Source: an uncultured Acidobacteriota bacterium (GTDB taxonomy: Bacteria > Acidobacteriota > Thermoanaerobaculia > Thermoanaerobaculales > Thermoanaerobaculaceae). From it: DNA of 32,000 nt. Where the stretch lies: the NCBI GenBank assembly GCA_963725705.1, contig CAVRZJ010000011.1:63862-95861 (forward strand), read 5' to 3'. The stretch's first letter is position 1, and the number at the start of each line of letters is the position of its first letter. Below are positions 1 through 8,925 of this stretch, piece by piece. The translations under genes were made by a program, and so were the position numbers. The notes below the pieces were generated by a model that saw only the letters and a list, made by a program, of their open reading frames with translations, was not told the DNA's origin and searched no databases.

Positions 1-1214
1 GTGCTGAAGCAGCCGCCCGAGGGCGCCAGCGTGCTGCCGATCGGGCCATTCTTCCCGGTGCTCGAGGAGCCGTCGTACTGGCGGCTGTTCGTCGAGGGCG
101 AGACGGTGGTCGGCTGCGACTACCGCGGCTTCTACAACCACCGCGGCATCGAGAAGCTCGGCGACAGCGTGCTCACCTACAACGAGATCCCGTTACCTCG
201 CCGAGCGGATCTGCGGCATCTGCGGGTTCATCCACTCGACCTGCTACTGCCAGGCGGTGGAGAAGGCGGCCGGGATCGAGGTGCCGCGGCGCGCCCGCTA
301 CATCCGCACGATCATGCTCGAGCTCGAGCGGATCCACTCGCACCTGCTGTGGCTGGGGATCGCCGGCCACATCCTCGGCTTCGACACCGTGCTGATGCAG
401 ACCTGGCGCATGCGCGAGCCGGTGATGTGGCTGCGCGAGGAGATCAGCGGCAACCGCAAGACCTACGGCATGAACACGATCGGCGGCCTGCGCCGCGACC
501 TGCCAGCGGCCGTGGTCCCGAAGATCCTCAAGGTGCTCGACGAGGTCGAGCGCGAGTCGATCGCGGTGCGCGACGCGATCGTCGGCGACACCACGCTGCT
601 GGCGCGCACGCAAGAACGTCGGCGTGCTGACCGACGAGTGGGCGCGCCAGATGTGCGTCGTCGGGCCGCCGGCGCGCGCCTCGGGCGTGCCGATCGACGC
701 GCGCCTCGACCACCCCTACGCCGCCTACGACGAGGTGCCGCCGCGTCTGTGCACGCAGACAGGCGGGCGACACCTGGTCGCGCGTGCTGGTGCGGGTCGA
801 GGAGCTGCTCGACTCGATCCGGCAGGTGCGCGAGGGCCTGGCCGCGGCTCCCCGACGGCGAGGTGCTCGCCGAGGTCGGGGATGAGATCCCGCCGGACCG
901 CATCGGCATCTCGGTGGTCGAGGCGCCGCGCGGCGAGGCCGTCCACTTCGTGCATGACCGGCGGCGACAACCGGCCCGTACCGCTGGCGGGTGCGCGCGC
1001 CGACCTACCCGAACCTGCAGGCGATGCCGGCGATGATCGATCACGCCGACGATCGCCGACGTGCCGATCACCCTCGGCAGCCTCGACCCGTGCTTCTCCT
1101 GCACCGAGCGGGTGGAGGCGATCGACGTCGCGCACGCGCGCGGTGCGGGTCTACTCGCACAAGGAGCTGCTGGCGATGTCGCGGCGACGCGAGCGCCGGG
1201 GAGGTACGCGATGA
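1..1214 (+). pseudogene. Group-4 membrane-bound [NiFe]-hydrogenase large subunit (HycE/HyfG/NuoD-like); 5' end cut by window edge; multiple frame changes as assembled
   Basis: Following the protein through the three + frames gives GFYNHRGIEKLG, LAERICGICGFIHS (N-terminal Ni-binding CxxC), ELERIHSHLLWLG, VVEAPRGEAVHF, RAPTYPNLQAMPAMI, LGSLDPCFSCTERV (C-terminal DPCxxC) and a HycE-like tail VRVYSHKELLAMS. I count at least 8 frame changes, near 193, 610, 768, 845, 950, 985, 1050 and 1130. The stop TGA at 1212-1214 overlaps the next ATG. Confidence 0.85.
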
Positions 1215-2130
1215 CGACACGCGCCGCTGCTCGCGCTCGCGCTCGCCCTGCTCAACGTGGCGGTCGCGCTGCTGCTCTCGCCGCTCGCCGAGGGCGTGAT
1301 GCGCAAGCTCAAGGCGATCGTCCACTCGCGCACGGGCCGCCGCTGACGCAGCCCTACCTCGACCTGCTCAAGCTCCTCGGCAAGGAGGACCTGCGCACCA
1401 CCGGCGGTCTGCCGTACGCGCTCGCCCCGGCCCTCGCGCTCGGCTCGGTGCTGCTGCTGGCCACGCTGGTGCCGCTCGGCGCCGCGCCGCCGCTGGGGTT
1501 CGCCGGAGACCTCATCGTCCTGATCTACGTGGCCGCGACCAGCGCGGTGGCGCTCATCCTCACCGCGCTTCGCCAGCGGCAGCCCGTACGCGGCGGTCGG
1601 CGGCTCGCGCGAGATGATGATGCTGCTCACGGTCGAGCCGGTGCTGGCGATCGCGCTGGTGGTCGGCGCGGTCAAGGCGGGGACGCTCTCGGTCGGCGGC
1701 ATCCTCGCCTGGAGCGCCGGGCACGGCCCGACGCATCAGCATGGCGATCGCCGCCGTCGCCCTCTTCCTGGCGCTGCAGGCGCAGGCCGGCAAGCTGCCC
1801 TTCGACATCCCGGAGGCGGACCAGGAGATCATGGGCGGGCCGCTGATCGAGCAGAGCGGCCCGCGGCTCGCCCTGTTCCGCTGGGCGTTGTGGGCCAAGC
1901 AGTTGGTCTTCGCCGTGCTGCTGGTGCAGGTGTTCGTGCCCTGGCCGCACCTCGGCATCCTCGCCGCTCGACGTCGTGCTGACGCTGGTCAAGGCGCTCG
2001 TCGTCCTGGTACTGGTCGGGGTGATCGACGTGGTCAACCCCGGCTGCGGATCGAGCAGGCGATGGGCTACTACATGCGGGTGGCACTCTCCGCGCTCTCG
2101 GCCCTCGCCTTCGCGGTGATCGGGATGTAG
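1211..2130 (+). pseudogene. Hydrogenase membrane subunit, HycD/HyfC (NuoH family); frame changes as assembled
   Basis: ATGA overlap with the upstream stop. Segments match the HycD/NuoH pattern: LLALALALLNVAVALLLSPLAEGVMRKLKAIVHSRTG, PPLTQPYLDLLKLLGKEDL, ASGSPYAAVGGSREMMMLLTVEP, GKLPFDIPEADQEIMGGPLIEQSGPRLALFRWA and RLRIEQAMGYYM. About 6 frame changes, e.g. near 1220, 1335, 1568, 1730, 1965 and 2040. Confidence 0.8.
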
Positions 2131-2140
2131 GAGGCGACGC

Positions 2141-2593
2141 GTGCTGACAGCCAAGCTGCGCGAGGCGCTGATCTGCTTCAAGGCGGGGCGGGTGACGCTG
2201 CCGTACCCGTTCGCGCCCCACGATCCGGCCCCGGGCTTCCGCGGCAAGATCACGCTGGACCCCGACCGCTGCTTCGGCTGCGGCGGCTGCGCCAACGTCT
2301 GCCCTGCCGGCGTGATCGAGGTGAAGCGACGCCGGCCAGCTCCTCCGCGTGCTCGAGTTCTACTGGCGGCGCTGCACCTACTGCGGGCGCTGCGAGGAGG
2401 TGTGCCCGGAGCAGGCGATCACGCTGAGCCAGCAGTTCGAGACCGCGACCGACCACGGCGACGACATGGTGATGCGGCTCGAGGTGTTCATGGGTCCGTG
2501 CCAGCGCTGCGGCCGCTGCTACACGCCGCCGACGCCGCTCGACCGCATGGACAGAACCGGGCTTTCGCGCACGGTGACGGAGGCAGGTCGTGA
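2141..2593 (+). pseudogene. 2x[4Fe-4S] ferredoxin subunit of group-4 hydrogenase (HycF/HyfH/NuoI-like); frame change near 2330
   Basis: Two ferredoxin cluster motifs, CFGCGGCANVCP and CTYCGRCEEVCP, lie in different frames, followed by a CQRCGRC motif. The 3' end is uncertain. A GTGA overlap at 2590-2593 favours 2593. The alternative frame ends at 2621. Confidence 0.75.
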
Positions 2594-3270
2594 GCACCGC
2601 TGGGTCTCAACGGCGAGCTGATCCAGACGCTCTCGATGGTGGTGGTGATCACCTCGGTGGCGGCGGTCGAGGTGCGCCGGCTGCGCTTTGCGGCGATGGC
2701 GTACTCGGCCCAGGCGCTGCTGATCGTGGCGCCTGCTCGCGAGCTTCGCGGCGGTCAACCCGTCGCTGTACTGGTGGGCGGCGGTCGGCGCTGGTCACCA
2801 AGGCGATGCTGACGCCGTGGTTCCTGTTCCGCTACATCGGGCAAGGGCGAGGATCGCGAGCTCGAGCCGCTGATCGGCTTCGGCCCCTCGGTGGTGGTGG
2901 CGGCGCTGCTGATGACCGGCTTCTACCGCTTCACGCACATCGCACGTGGCCGCTGCTCGCGCCGACGGCGCTCGCGCAGCAAGGGGTGTTCCGCACCAAC
3001 CTGGCGGTGGCCTCGACGGTGTTCGTCCTCGGGCTCTACTGCGTGCTGACGCGACGCGACGCGATCAAGACGGTGATCGGCCTGTGCCTGCTCGAGAACG
3101 GCGTCCACCTGAGCCTGGTGAGCCTGGCGCCCGAGCTGCCCGAGACCGCGCTGTTCGGCGTCGCCACCGAGGTGGTCGTGACGGTGTTCCTGCTGCTCTA
3201 CGTGATCGCCGGGGTGCGCAAGGAGTTCGGCACCACCGACACGTTCGCCCTGCGCGAGCTGCAGCGCTAG
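2590..3270 (+). pseudogene. HyfE-like small membrane subunit (NuoK-related) of group-4 hydrogenase; about 5 frame changes
   Basis: The C-terminal intact stretch VFRTNLAVASTVFVLGLYCVLTRRDAIKTVIGLCLLENGVHLSLVSLAPELPE parallels E. coli HyfE (CLMENGSHL region). Upstream hydrophobic segments (LNGELIQTLSMVVVITSVAAVEV, LLASFAAVNPSLYWWAAV, ALVTKAMLTPWFLFRY, ELEPLIGFGPSVVVAALLMTGFY) are spread over all three frames. Confidence 0.65.
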
Positions 3271-3320
3271 GGCGTGGCGGCGCGGCGGCGGACGGAGCTG
3301 GAGGGAGCGGGGAGCGCGAC

Positions 3321-4856
3321 ATGAGCGAGCAGGTGGCGACGATCACTTCGAGCTGCCGGCGTGGGCGTTCCTGGTGCCGTTCGCTCGCCGGCGTGCTCGT
3401 CTTTCTCGGCCGGCGGCTGGGCGCCGCGGCTGGCGCAGGTGCTGGCCGTCGCGGCGCCGCTGGTCGTGACTGCGTTGGGTCTCGCGATGGCGCGGCGCGG
3501 TCGTGGGCGGGGCACGTGCTCACGTGCTGGGGCAACGAGTTGCGCGTCGACGGGCTCTCGGCTCTGCTCGTTCTGGCGATCGGCGTCGTCGGCACGCTGA
3601 CGGCGCTGTACTCGCTGCGCTACGTGCAGCAGCCGGGCCTGCTGACGCGGGTCGGCGCGGCGGCCGAGCAGCGCCTGCCGACCTTCTACGGCCTGCTTCC
3701 TGTGGTTCATCGCGCACGATGGTGTGGGGGTGCGTCACCAACAACATCGTGATGCTCTACGTCGCGGTCGAGGCGACCACGCTCACCTCCGGGCCTGCTG
3801 GTCGCCTTCTACTGGGACAAGCGGGCGCTCGAGGCCGGCTACAAGTACCTCATGCTGCTCACCATCGGCATCACCTTCGCGCTCTTCGGGTGCGTCCTCG
3901 ATCTACGCGGCGGCCGCGGCGACCGGACGGCTCGCCGGCCGCCAGGCGCTGCTGATCAGCGAGGTGCGCGCCGTGTCGCGTCGCTGATCCCGCCGGCACC
4001 GCGCTGATCGCGGTCGCCTTCCTGGTCGTCGGGCTTCGGCACCAAGGCGGGGATCGCGCCCGTTCCACCCCTGGCTGCCCGACGCGCACGCCGAGGCGCC
4101 GACGCCGATATCGGTGCTGCTCTCGGGCGTGATGATCAAGATGGCGGTGTACGCGCTGGCGCGCACCGTGAGCATCTTCTACCCCGCGCTGGCCGACGCT
4201 CGCGGTGTTCGTGGTCGCGCTCGGCGTGTTCACGATGGTGCTCGGGATCGTCATGGCGCTGGCCCAGGACGACCTCAAGCGACTGCTCGCCTACTCCTCG
4301 GTCAGCCAGATCGGCTACGTCGTGGTCGGCGTCGGGCTCGGCACCTACCTGGGCTGCTACGGCGGGCTGTTCCACCTGCTCAACCACGCCCTGATCAAGG
4401 CGCTGCTGTTCATGTGCGTGGGCGCGGTGATCTACGCGACCGGCGCGCGGCGGATCAGCGAGCTGTCCGGGATGCGCGAGCGGATGCCGATCACCAGCGC
4501 GTGCTTCGTGCTCGGGAGCGCTCGCGATCGCCGGGCTGCCGCCGCTCAACGGGTTCCTGAGCAAGCTCACGGTCTACCTGGCGCTGGCCAGGGCCGGAAT
4601 GTGGTGGGCGGTCGCGATCGCGGTTGCTGCCGGCCTCCTGACCATGGTGGTGCTGCTGCGGGCGGCGCGGACGGTGTTCTGGGGCGCACGCCCCCGCGAC
4701 CGCGGTCCGGCGGCGGTCGCGCGAGGTGCCCGGCGACGATGTGGGTGCCGATGGTGGTCCTGGCGGCCGCCTGCATGGTCCTCGGGGTGCTTCCCGCGGC
4801 TGACGTTCCCGCTGCTCGACCGTGCCGCCACGGTGCTGGCCACGCTGGGGAGGTGA
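3321..4856 (+). pseudogene. Antiporter-like membrane subunit (NuoL/M/N family; HyfB/HyfF/HycC-like); many frame changes
   Basis: GGAGGGA RBS before the ATG at 3321. Family-typical segments are LRVDGLSALLVLAIGVVGTLTALYSLRY, NNIVMLYVAVEATTLTSG, YKYLMLLTIGITFALFG, MLLSGVMIKMAVYALAR, LKRLLAYSSVSQIGYVVVGVGLGT, GGLFHLLNHALIKALLFMCVGAVIY and LAIAGLPPLNGFLSK. They can only be joined by repeated frame switching. Confidence 0.8.
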
Positions 4857-4858
4857 GG

Positions 4859-5372
4859 ATGGCGATGCTCGAGAAGGCGTGCAAGAAGGCGTTCGGCAAG
4901 GCGCTCTGGGTCTACCACGCCAACACCGGCGCCTGCAACGGCTGCGACATCGAGGTGATCAACGTCCTCACCCCCTACTACGACGCGGAGCGCTTCGGCA
5001 TCAAGCTCGTCGGCTCGCCGCGCCACGCCGACGCGGTTCTCGTGTGCGGGCCGGTCACCCGCCAGGTGGCGCCGGCGCTCCGGCGCCTGCTCGATGCCGT
5101 GCCGAAGCCGCGCCTGGTGTTCGCGATCGGCTCGTGCGCCACCGGCGGCGGCGCCTGGTTCGACTCCTACAACGTCCTCGGCGGCGCCGACAAGGTGATC
5201 CCGGTCGACTTCTACGTCCCCGGCTGCCCGCCGCGACCCGAGGCGATCCTCTACGGGGTGGCGCTGGCGCTCGGCCTCGTGCCCAAGAAGGTGGCCGAGG
5301 AGCACCTCGCGCAGGAGTCGCTCGACCAGCTTGGCGGAAGGCGGGCTGCTGCAGAAAGGGGCGCGGGCATGA
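4859..5372 (+). CDS. Group-4 hydrogenase small subunit (HycG/NuoB-like); 3' end uncertain
   Basis: WVYHANTGACNGCDIEV, LVGSPRHADAVLVCGPVT, FAIGSCATGGG and FYVPGCPPRPEAIL match the NuoB/HycG cysteine pattern for the proximal [4Fe-4S] cluster. There is no in-frame stop before the next gene. A TGA at 5370-5372 in the adjacent frame would give an ATGA overlap with the receiver gene, suggesting one more indel near 5290-5330. Confidence 0.85.
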
Positions 5373-5801
5373 GCGAGAGGCCCAAGATCCTGATCGTCGA
5401 CGACGACCGCGACCTGGTCACCGTTCTGCGTCTCGTGCTGCGAGCGCGAGGGCTACCGCGTGCTGGACGCGTCTGGCCCGGCTCAGGCCATGGTGAGGAC
5501 CGAGGCCGAGAGGCCGGACCTGATCCTGCTCGACGTGATGATGCCGAACGCTACCGAGGGATTCCACTTCGTCTGGGAGCTGCGGCAACGGGCGGGGGCG
5601 TACTTCGCCGAGGTGCCGATCGTCATCGTCTCGGCGATCCACGGTCGAAGACTGAGCTACGCTTCTACCCGGACAGCGGGGATGGCAGCTACAGTGCGGG
5701 CGAGTTCCTTCCGGTTCAGGAGTTTCCTGGACAAGCCCGTGGACCCGACCGAGCTCCTGCGGGTCGTGGAGCGGGTCCTCGGGCTCGTTCGGAAGGGCTG
5801 A
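5369..5801 (+). pseudogene. Stand-alone response-regulator receiver domain (CheY-like); about 3 frame changes
   Basis: KILIVDDDRDLV, RPDLILLDVMMPNATEGF (phospho-acceptor Asp context), VPIVIVSAIH and LDKPVDPTELLRVVERVL. No output domain. Frame changes near 5455, 5650 and 5720. Confidence 0.75.
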
Positions 5802-5831
5802 GGTCTGCGCCGGGCCGATCGAGGGTCCGTC

Positions 5832-7355
5832 GTGGGTGGCGCGATGGCTCCGGGGGTAAGTCTGGCAAATCGCGAGCTCGCTACCGGTTTCCGCCGAGCT
5901 GATCGAGCGGCTGGGATGGCTGATCCGGTTCGTTGGCTCGCGGTGGCTGGCGTCGCGCGTCTTCTGGAGGTCGCGCGCCGCATCTTCCCGGTGCACCTCG
6001 GCCTCCGCCCGCTCTATGTCACGCTCGGCCTGCTCGCTCTGTGCAACCTGGCTTACTACCTGGTACTGAGGAGGGTGCGGCAAGGGAGCGGGAGCGTGGT
6101 GTCGCCAGGGGCGCGCAGCCTGGCCCGCTTCCTCCTTCCGCCGCCACCCGGCGGGCTCGGCGACATGGCGCAGCCAAGCCAGGTAGCACTTTTCGCCAAC
6201 ATCCAGGTGGCCGTCGACCTGCTGCTTCTGGCCATGCTGCTCCACTTCTCGGGCGGCATCGAAAACCCGTTCCTGTACTTCTTCATCTTCCACGTGATCA
6301 TTGCGAGCATCCTGTTCTCGCGTCAAGCGACCTACGTCCACGCGAGTTGGGGGGTGGCCCTCGTCTCCGCGGTGGCGGTGAACGAAAGTGCCGGGGTGCT
6401 CCGTCACTTCCCGCTCGGCGGCGCCTGGGCTCCCGACTCCTACCGCGAGCCGACTGTGGTCATCGCCCAACTCCTGGTGTTCGCGACGACGCTCTACCTG
6501 TCGGCGTACATGGGGAGCAGCATCGCTGAGCACCTACGTCGGCGCGAGGGCGAGGTCGCCCTGCTCTCGCGCGACGTGGCCCGCAAGGCCGACACGCTCG
6601 CCGCGGCGCTCGATCGCGTGAGCCAGGCCGAGCGGGCCAAGTCGCAGTACCTGCGCAAGGTCGCGCATGAGCTTCGCGGGCCCCTGGGCACGATCAAAAC
6701 GGCGATGACCGCGCTCGCCGCCGGCGCTGCGGGTGAGCTTCCGGACCAGGCGCGGGAGCTGGCACAGCGAGTGGCGCAGCGCGCCGGCGACCTCGCCCAG
6801 GTGACCGCCGACCTGCTCGCGCTGTCGCGCGCCCGCGAGGGGCGGCTGGCGATCGACCTGGCGCCCGTCGAGCTCCCGCGAATGGTCGCCGATATCGTGG
6901 CCGAGGCGCGTCCGTCAGGCGACCGTGCCGGTGTCGCGCTGCACCTGCAGGTCGTCGGCGACGTCGGAGCGATCGCCGGCGACGCGGTGGCACTCCGTGA
7001 GCTGGTCGGCAACCTGGTGTCCAACGGGATCCGCTACACGCCGCAAGGAGGCCGGGTCGAGGTGCGTCTCGAGCAGCGCGGCGAGTCGATCGTTCTCGAG
7101 GTCGAAGACAGCGGCATCGGCATCCCTGAAAGCGATCTCCCGCGCATCTTCGAGGAGTTCTACCGCTGCGACAATGCTCGCAGCCGCAGCGCGGAAGGGA
7201 CCGGCCTCGGTCTGGCGATCGTCCGGGCGGCGGCCGAGCAGCACGGCGGCCGGGTCTCGGCGCGGAGCTCCGTGGGTCGGGGGACGTGCTTCACGGTCAC
7301 CCTCCCTGCTCCGGCAGCCGCCATGCCGCAGCAGTCCGCACAGGCCCCCGCCTGA
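5832..7355 (+). CDS. Membrane sensor histidine kinase, RegB/PrrB-like transmembrane input with GGxxNPF motif
   Basis: Intact 507-aa ORF. GAGGG lies 6 nt before the GTG start (a later start is possible). Multi-TM N-terminal half contains LLHFSGGIENPFLYFFIFHVIIASILFS. H-box VAHELRGPLGTI, N-box NLVSNGIRYTP, G1 DSGIGI, G2 GTGLGLAIV. Confidence 0.9.
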   Translation: MGGAMAPGVSLANRELATGFRRADRAAGMADPVRWLAVAGVARLLEVARRIFPVHLGLRPLYVTLGLLALCNLAYYLVLRRVRQGSGSVVSPGARSLARFLLPPPPGGLGDMAQPSQVALFANIQVAVDLLLLAMLLHFSGGIENPFLYFFIFHVIIASILFSRQATYVHASWGVALVSAVAVNESAGVLRHFPLGGAWAPDSYREPTVVIAQLLVFATTLYLSAYMGSSIAEHLRRREGEVALLSRDVARKADTLAAALDRVSQAERAKSQYLRKVAHELRGPLGTIKTAMTALAAGAAGELPDQARELAQRVAQRAGDLAQVTADLLALSRAREGRLAIDLAPVELPRMVADIVAEARPSGDRAGVALHLQVVGDVGAIAGDAVALRELVGNLVSNGIRYTPQGGRVEVRLEQRGESIVLEVEDSGIGIPESDLPRIFEEFYRCDNARSRSAEGTGLGLAIVRAAAEQHGGRVSARSSVGRGTCFTVTLPAPAAAMPQQSAQAPA

Positions 7356-7587
7356 CGAGCGCTGGCACTTTGCTGAGAAGCGCTTGGAACGTGCGAGCGA
7401 GTGTGGACCCGCGAGTTGTCACAAGATTGATCATGCCTGAGCAAGCACGTGACATTTTCGTATGCACGCTCTTGGCGTCAACGTGTCCGGAGCAACATGT
7501 TGCGCACCCGGTCCACGCCACCTCGCGCTCCGGCTTGGTCTTGTTGGAAGATGCCCGGTCAGGAGAACGCGACCGAGACACGTCGCA

Positions 7588-7604
7588 ACTGAACGCCGTT
7601 CAGT
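7588..7604. promoter_or_regulatory. Perfect 17-bp palindrome ACTGAACG-C-CGTTCAGT upstream of the hyb promoter; candidate operator or activator site
   Basis: Left arm 7588-7595 is the exact reverse complement of right arm 7597-7604. It is followed by GATCAGT direct repeats at 7611-7617 and 7623-7629. Confidence 0.35.
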
Positions 7605-7707
7605 CTTCCGGATCAGTTGATTGATCAGTCGGTTACGAGGCGGACCAGCCTGTCAGTTCATGGAGAGAATGGGGAAGTGTCTCAACTCTGTGCGCCAATA
7701 CAACCTC

Positions 7708-7736
7708 TTGACACAAGGCGTTCACGCTACGATAGT
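7708..7736 (+). promoter_or_regulatory. Sigma70-type promoter candidate for the hyb operon
   Basis: TTGACA (7708-7713), a 17-nt spacer, then GATAGT (7731-7736). It lies about 55 nt upstream of the start codon, in the only clearly lower-GC stretch of the region. Confidence 0.45.
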
Positions 7737-7790
7737 GGTCAAAGTTTTTTCCTTGGGGGGGCGGCATCACGACAAGGTAGGAGGTGTTCT

Positions 7791-8924
7791 ATGCTCGAGT
7801 CGCAACGCTTCATCTCCGTTGACGAGACCGGGCAGGGCCCCAGTGTGGATCGACGCGATTTCGTGAAGATCTGCGCGATGGCGGCCGCTTCGGTCGGGCT
7901 CCCGGCAGCCGCGGGACTGAAGATGGCCGAGGCCGCGGCAGCCGGGCTCAAGCCGTCGGTGATCTGGCTGCACTTCCAGGAGTGTACCGGCTGCACCGAG
8001 TCGCTGCTGCGGACCTCGCACCCGGCGTTGGCCGAGCTCATCCTCGACCTGATCTCGCTCGACTACTGCGAGACCCTGGCCGCCGCCGCCGGGTACCAGG
8101 CCGAGGCCGCCCTCAAGAGCGCGATGGAGGCTAACGCCGGCAAGTACATCTGCGTGATCGAGGGCGCGATCCCGACCAAGGATAACGGGATCTACTGCAA
8201 GATCGGTGGCCGCACGGCGGTCGACATCGTCAACGATGTCGCTGGCAAGGCCGGGGCGATCATCGCCATCGGCTCCTGCGCCTCGTGGGGCGGCATCCCG
8301 TCCGCCGACCCCAACCCGACGGGCGCGCAGGGTGCCCCGCAGGTGCTGCAGGGCAAGACCGTCGTGACGATCCCCGGCTGCCCCGCGAACCCGTACAACT
8401 TCCTCGGCACCGCGCTGCAGTTCGTGGCGCTCGGGACGTTGCCCGCGCTCGACGCCAAGGGCCGGCCGATGTGGGCCTACTCACGGGTGATCCACGAGGA
8501 TTGCCCGCGCCGGCCGCACTTCGACGCCGGACGTTTCGCACAGCAGTTCGGCGACGAAGGGCATCGGCAGGGCTACTGCCTGTACAAGCTCGGCTGCAAG
8601 GGTCCGGCGACCCACGCCAACTGCTCGCGCCTCGACTTCGGTGAAATCGGCGCCTGGCCGATCGGAGTGGGGCACCCCTGCGTCGGGTGCACCGAGCAGT
8701 CGATGCTGTGGCGGACGGCGATCCACGACACCGTGGAGGTGTCCCGGCCGACGCCGCCCGACACCTATCCGCCGATTCACGCCGCGCAGGGTAGTACGAG
8801 CGCAGTCGCTGCGGGCCTTGCCGGCGTCGTCGGCGGCGCGCTGATCGGTGCCGGCTGGATGGCGGCCAAGAAGGCGGGCGACGGCGGGGAGGACAAGGGG
8901 TCTTCCCCGGACAAGGGGGCGTGA
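7791..8924 (+). CDS. hybO: Uptake [NiFe]-hydrogenase small subunit, Hyb-type (group 1), Tat-exported
   Basis: AGGAGG at 7779-7784, 6 nt before the ATG. Twin-arginine signal VDRRDFVKICAMAAASVGLPAAAG. PSVIWLHFQECTGCTESLLR resembles E. coli HybO. Further Cys clusters (GSCASWGGIP, IPGCPANP, HEDCPRRPHF, YCLYKLGCKGP, HPCVGC). C-terminal TM anchor. Confidence 0.93.
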   Translation: MLESQRFISVDETGQGPSVDRRDFVKICAMAAASVGLPAAAGLKMAEAAAAGLKPSVIWLHFQECTGCTESLLRTSHPALAELILDLISLDYCETLAAAAGYQAEAALKSAMEANAGKYICVIEGAIPTKDNGIYCKIGGRTAVDIVNDVAGKAGAIIAIGSCASWGGIPSADPNPTGAQGAPQVLQGKTVVTIPGCPANPYNFLGTALQFVALGTLPALDAKGRPMWAYSRVIHEDCPRRPHFDAGRFAQQFGDEGHRQGYCLYKLGCKGPATHANCSRLDFGEIGAWPIGVGHPCVGCTEQSMLWRTAIHDTVEVSRPTPPDTYPPIHAAQGSTSAVAAGLAGVVGGALIGAGWMAAKKAGDGGEDKGSSPDKGA

Positions 8925-8925
8925 C

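Noticed and set aside
4205-5902. 565-aa ORF that would fuse an antiporter-like C-terminus, the NuoB-like small subunit and a response regulator into one protein.
   Set aside because: It is a run-on created by missing stops in an indel-rich region. The small subunit has its own ATG at 4859 right after the upstream stop. The receiver has its own ATG at 5369, with a TGA overlapping it in the adjacent frame. The ORF tail after 5455 is out-of-frame junk.
7363-7376. TGGCAC...TTGC-like string just after the kinase stop, considered as a sigma54 -24/-12 promoter.
   Set aside because: The GG and GC elements are separated by only 6 nt (TGGCACTTTGC) instead of the required 10. The site is also more than 400 nt from the next start codon.
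7588-7604. The palindrome considered as a LexA (Cheo-box or Myxococcus-type CTRHAMRYBYGTTCAGS) SOS operator.
   Set aside because: The half-sites GAAC/GTTC are right, but the spacer is 3 nt rather than 4. No SOS-related gene is nearby. It is kept only as an unassigned operator candidate.
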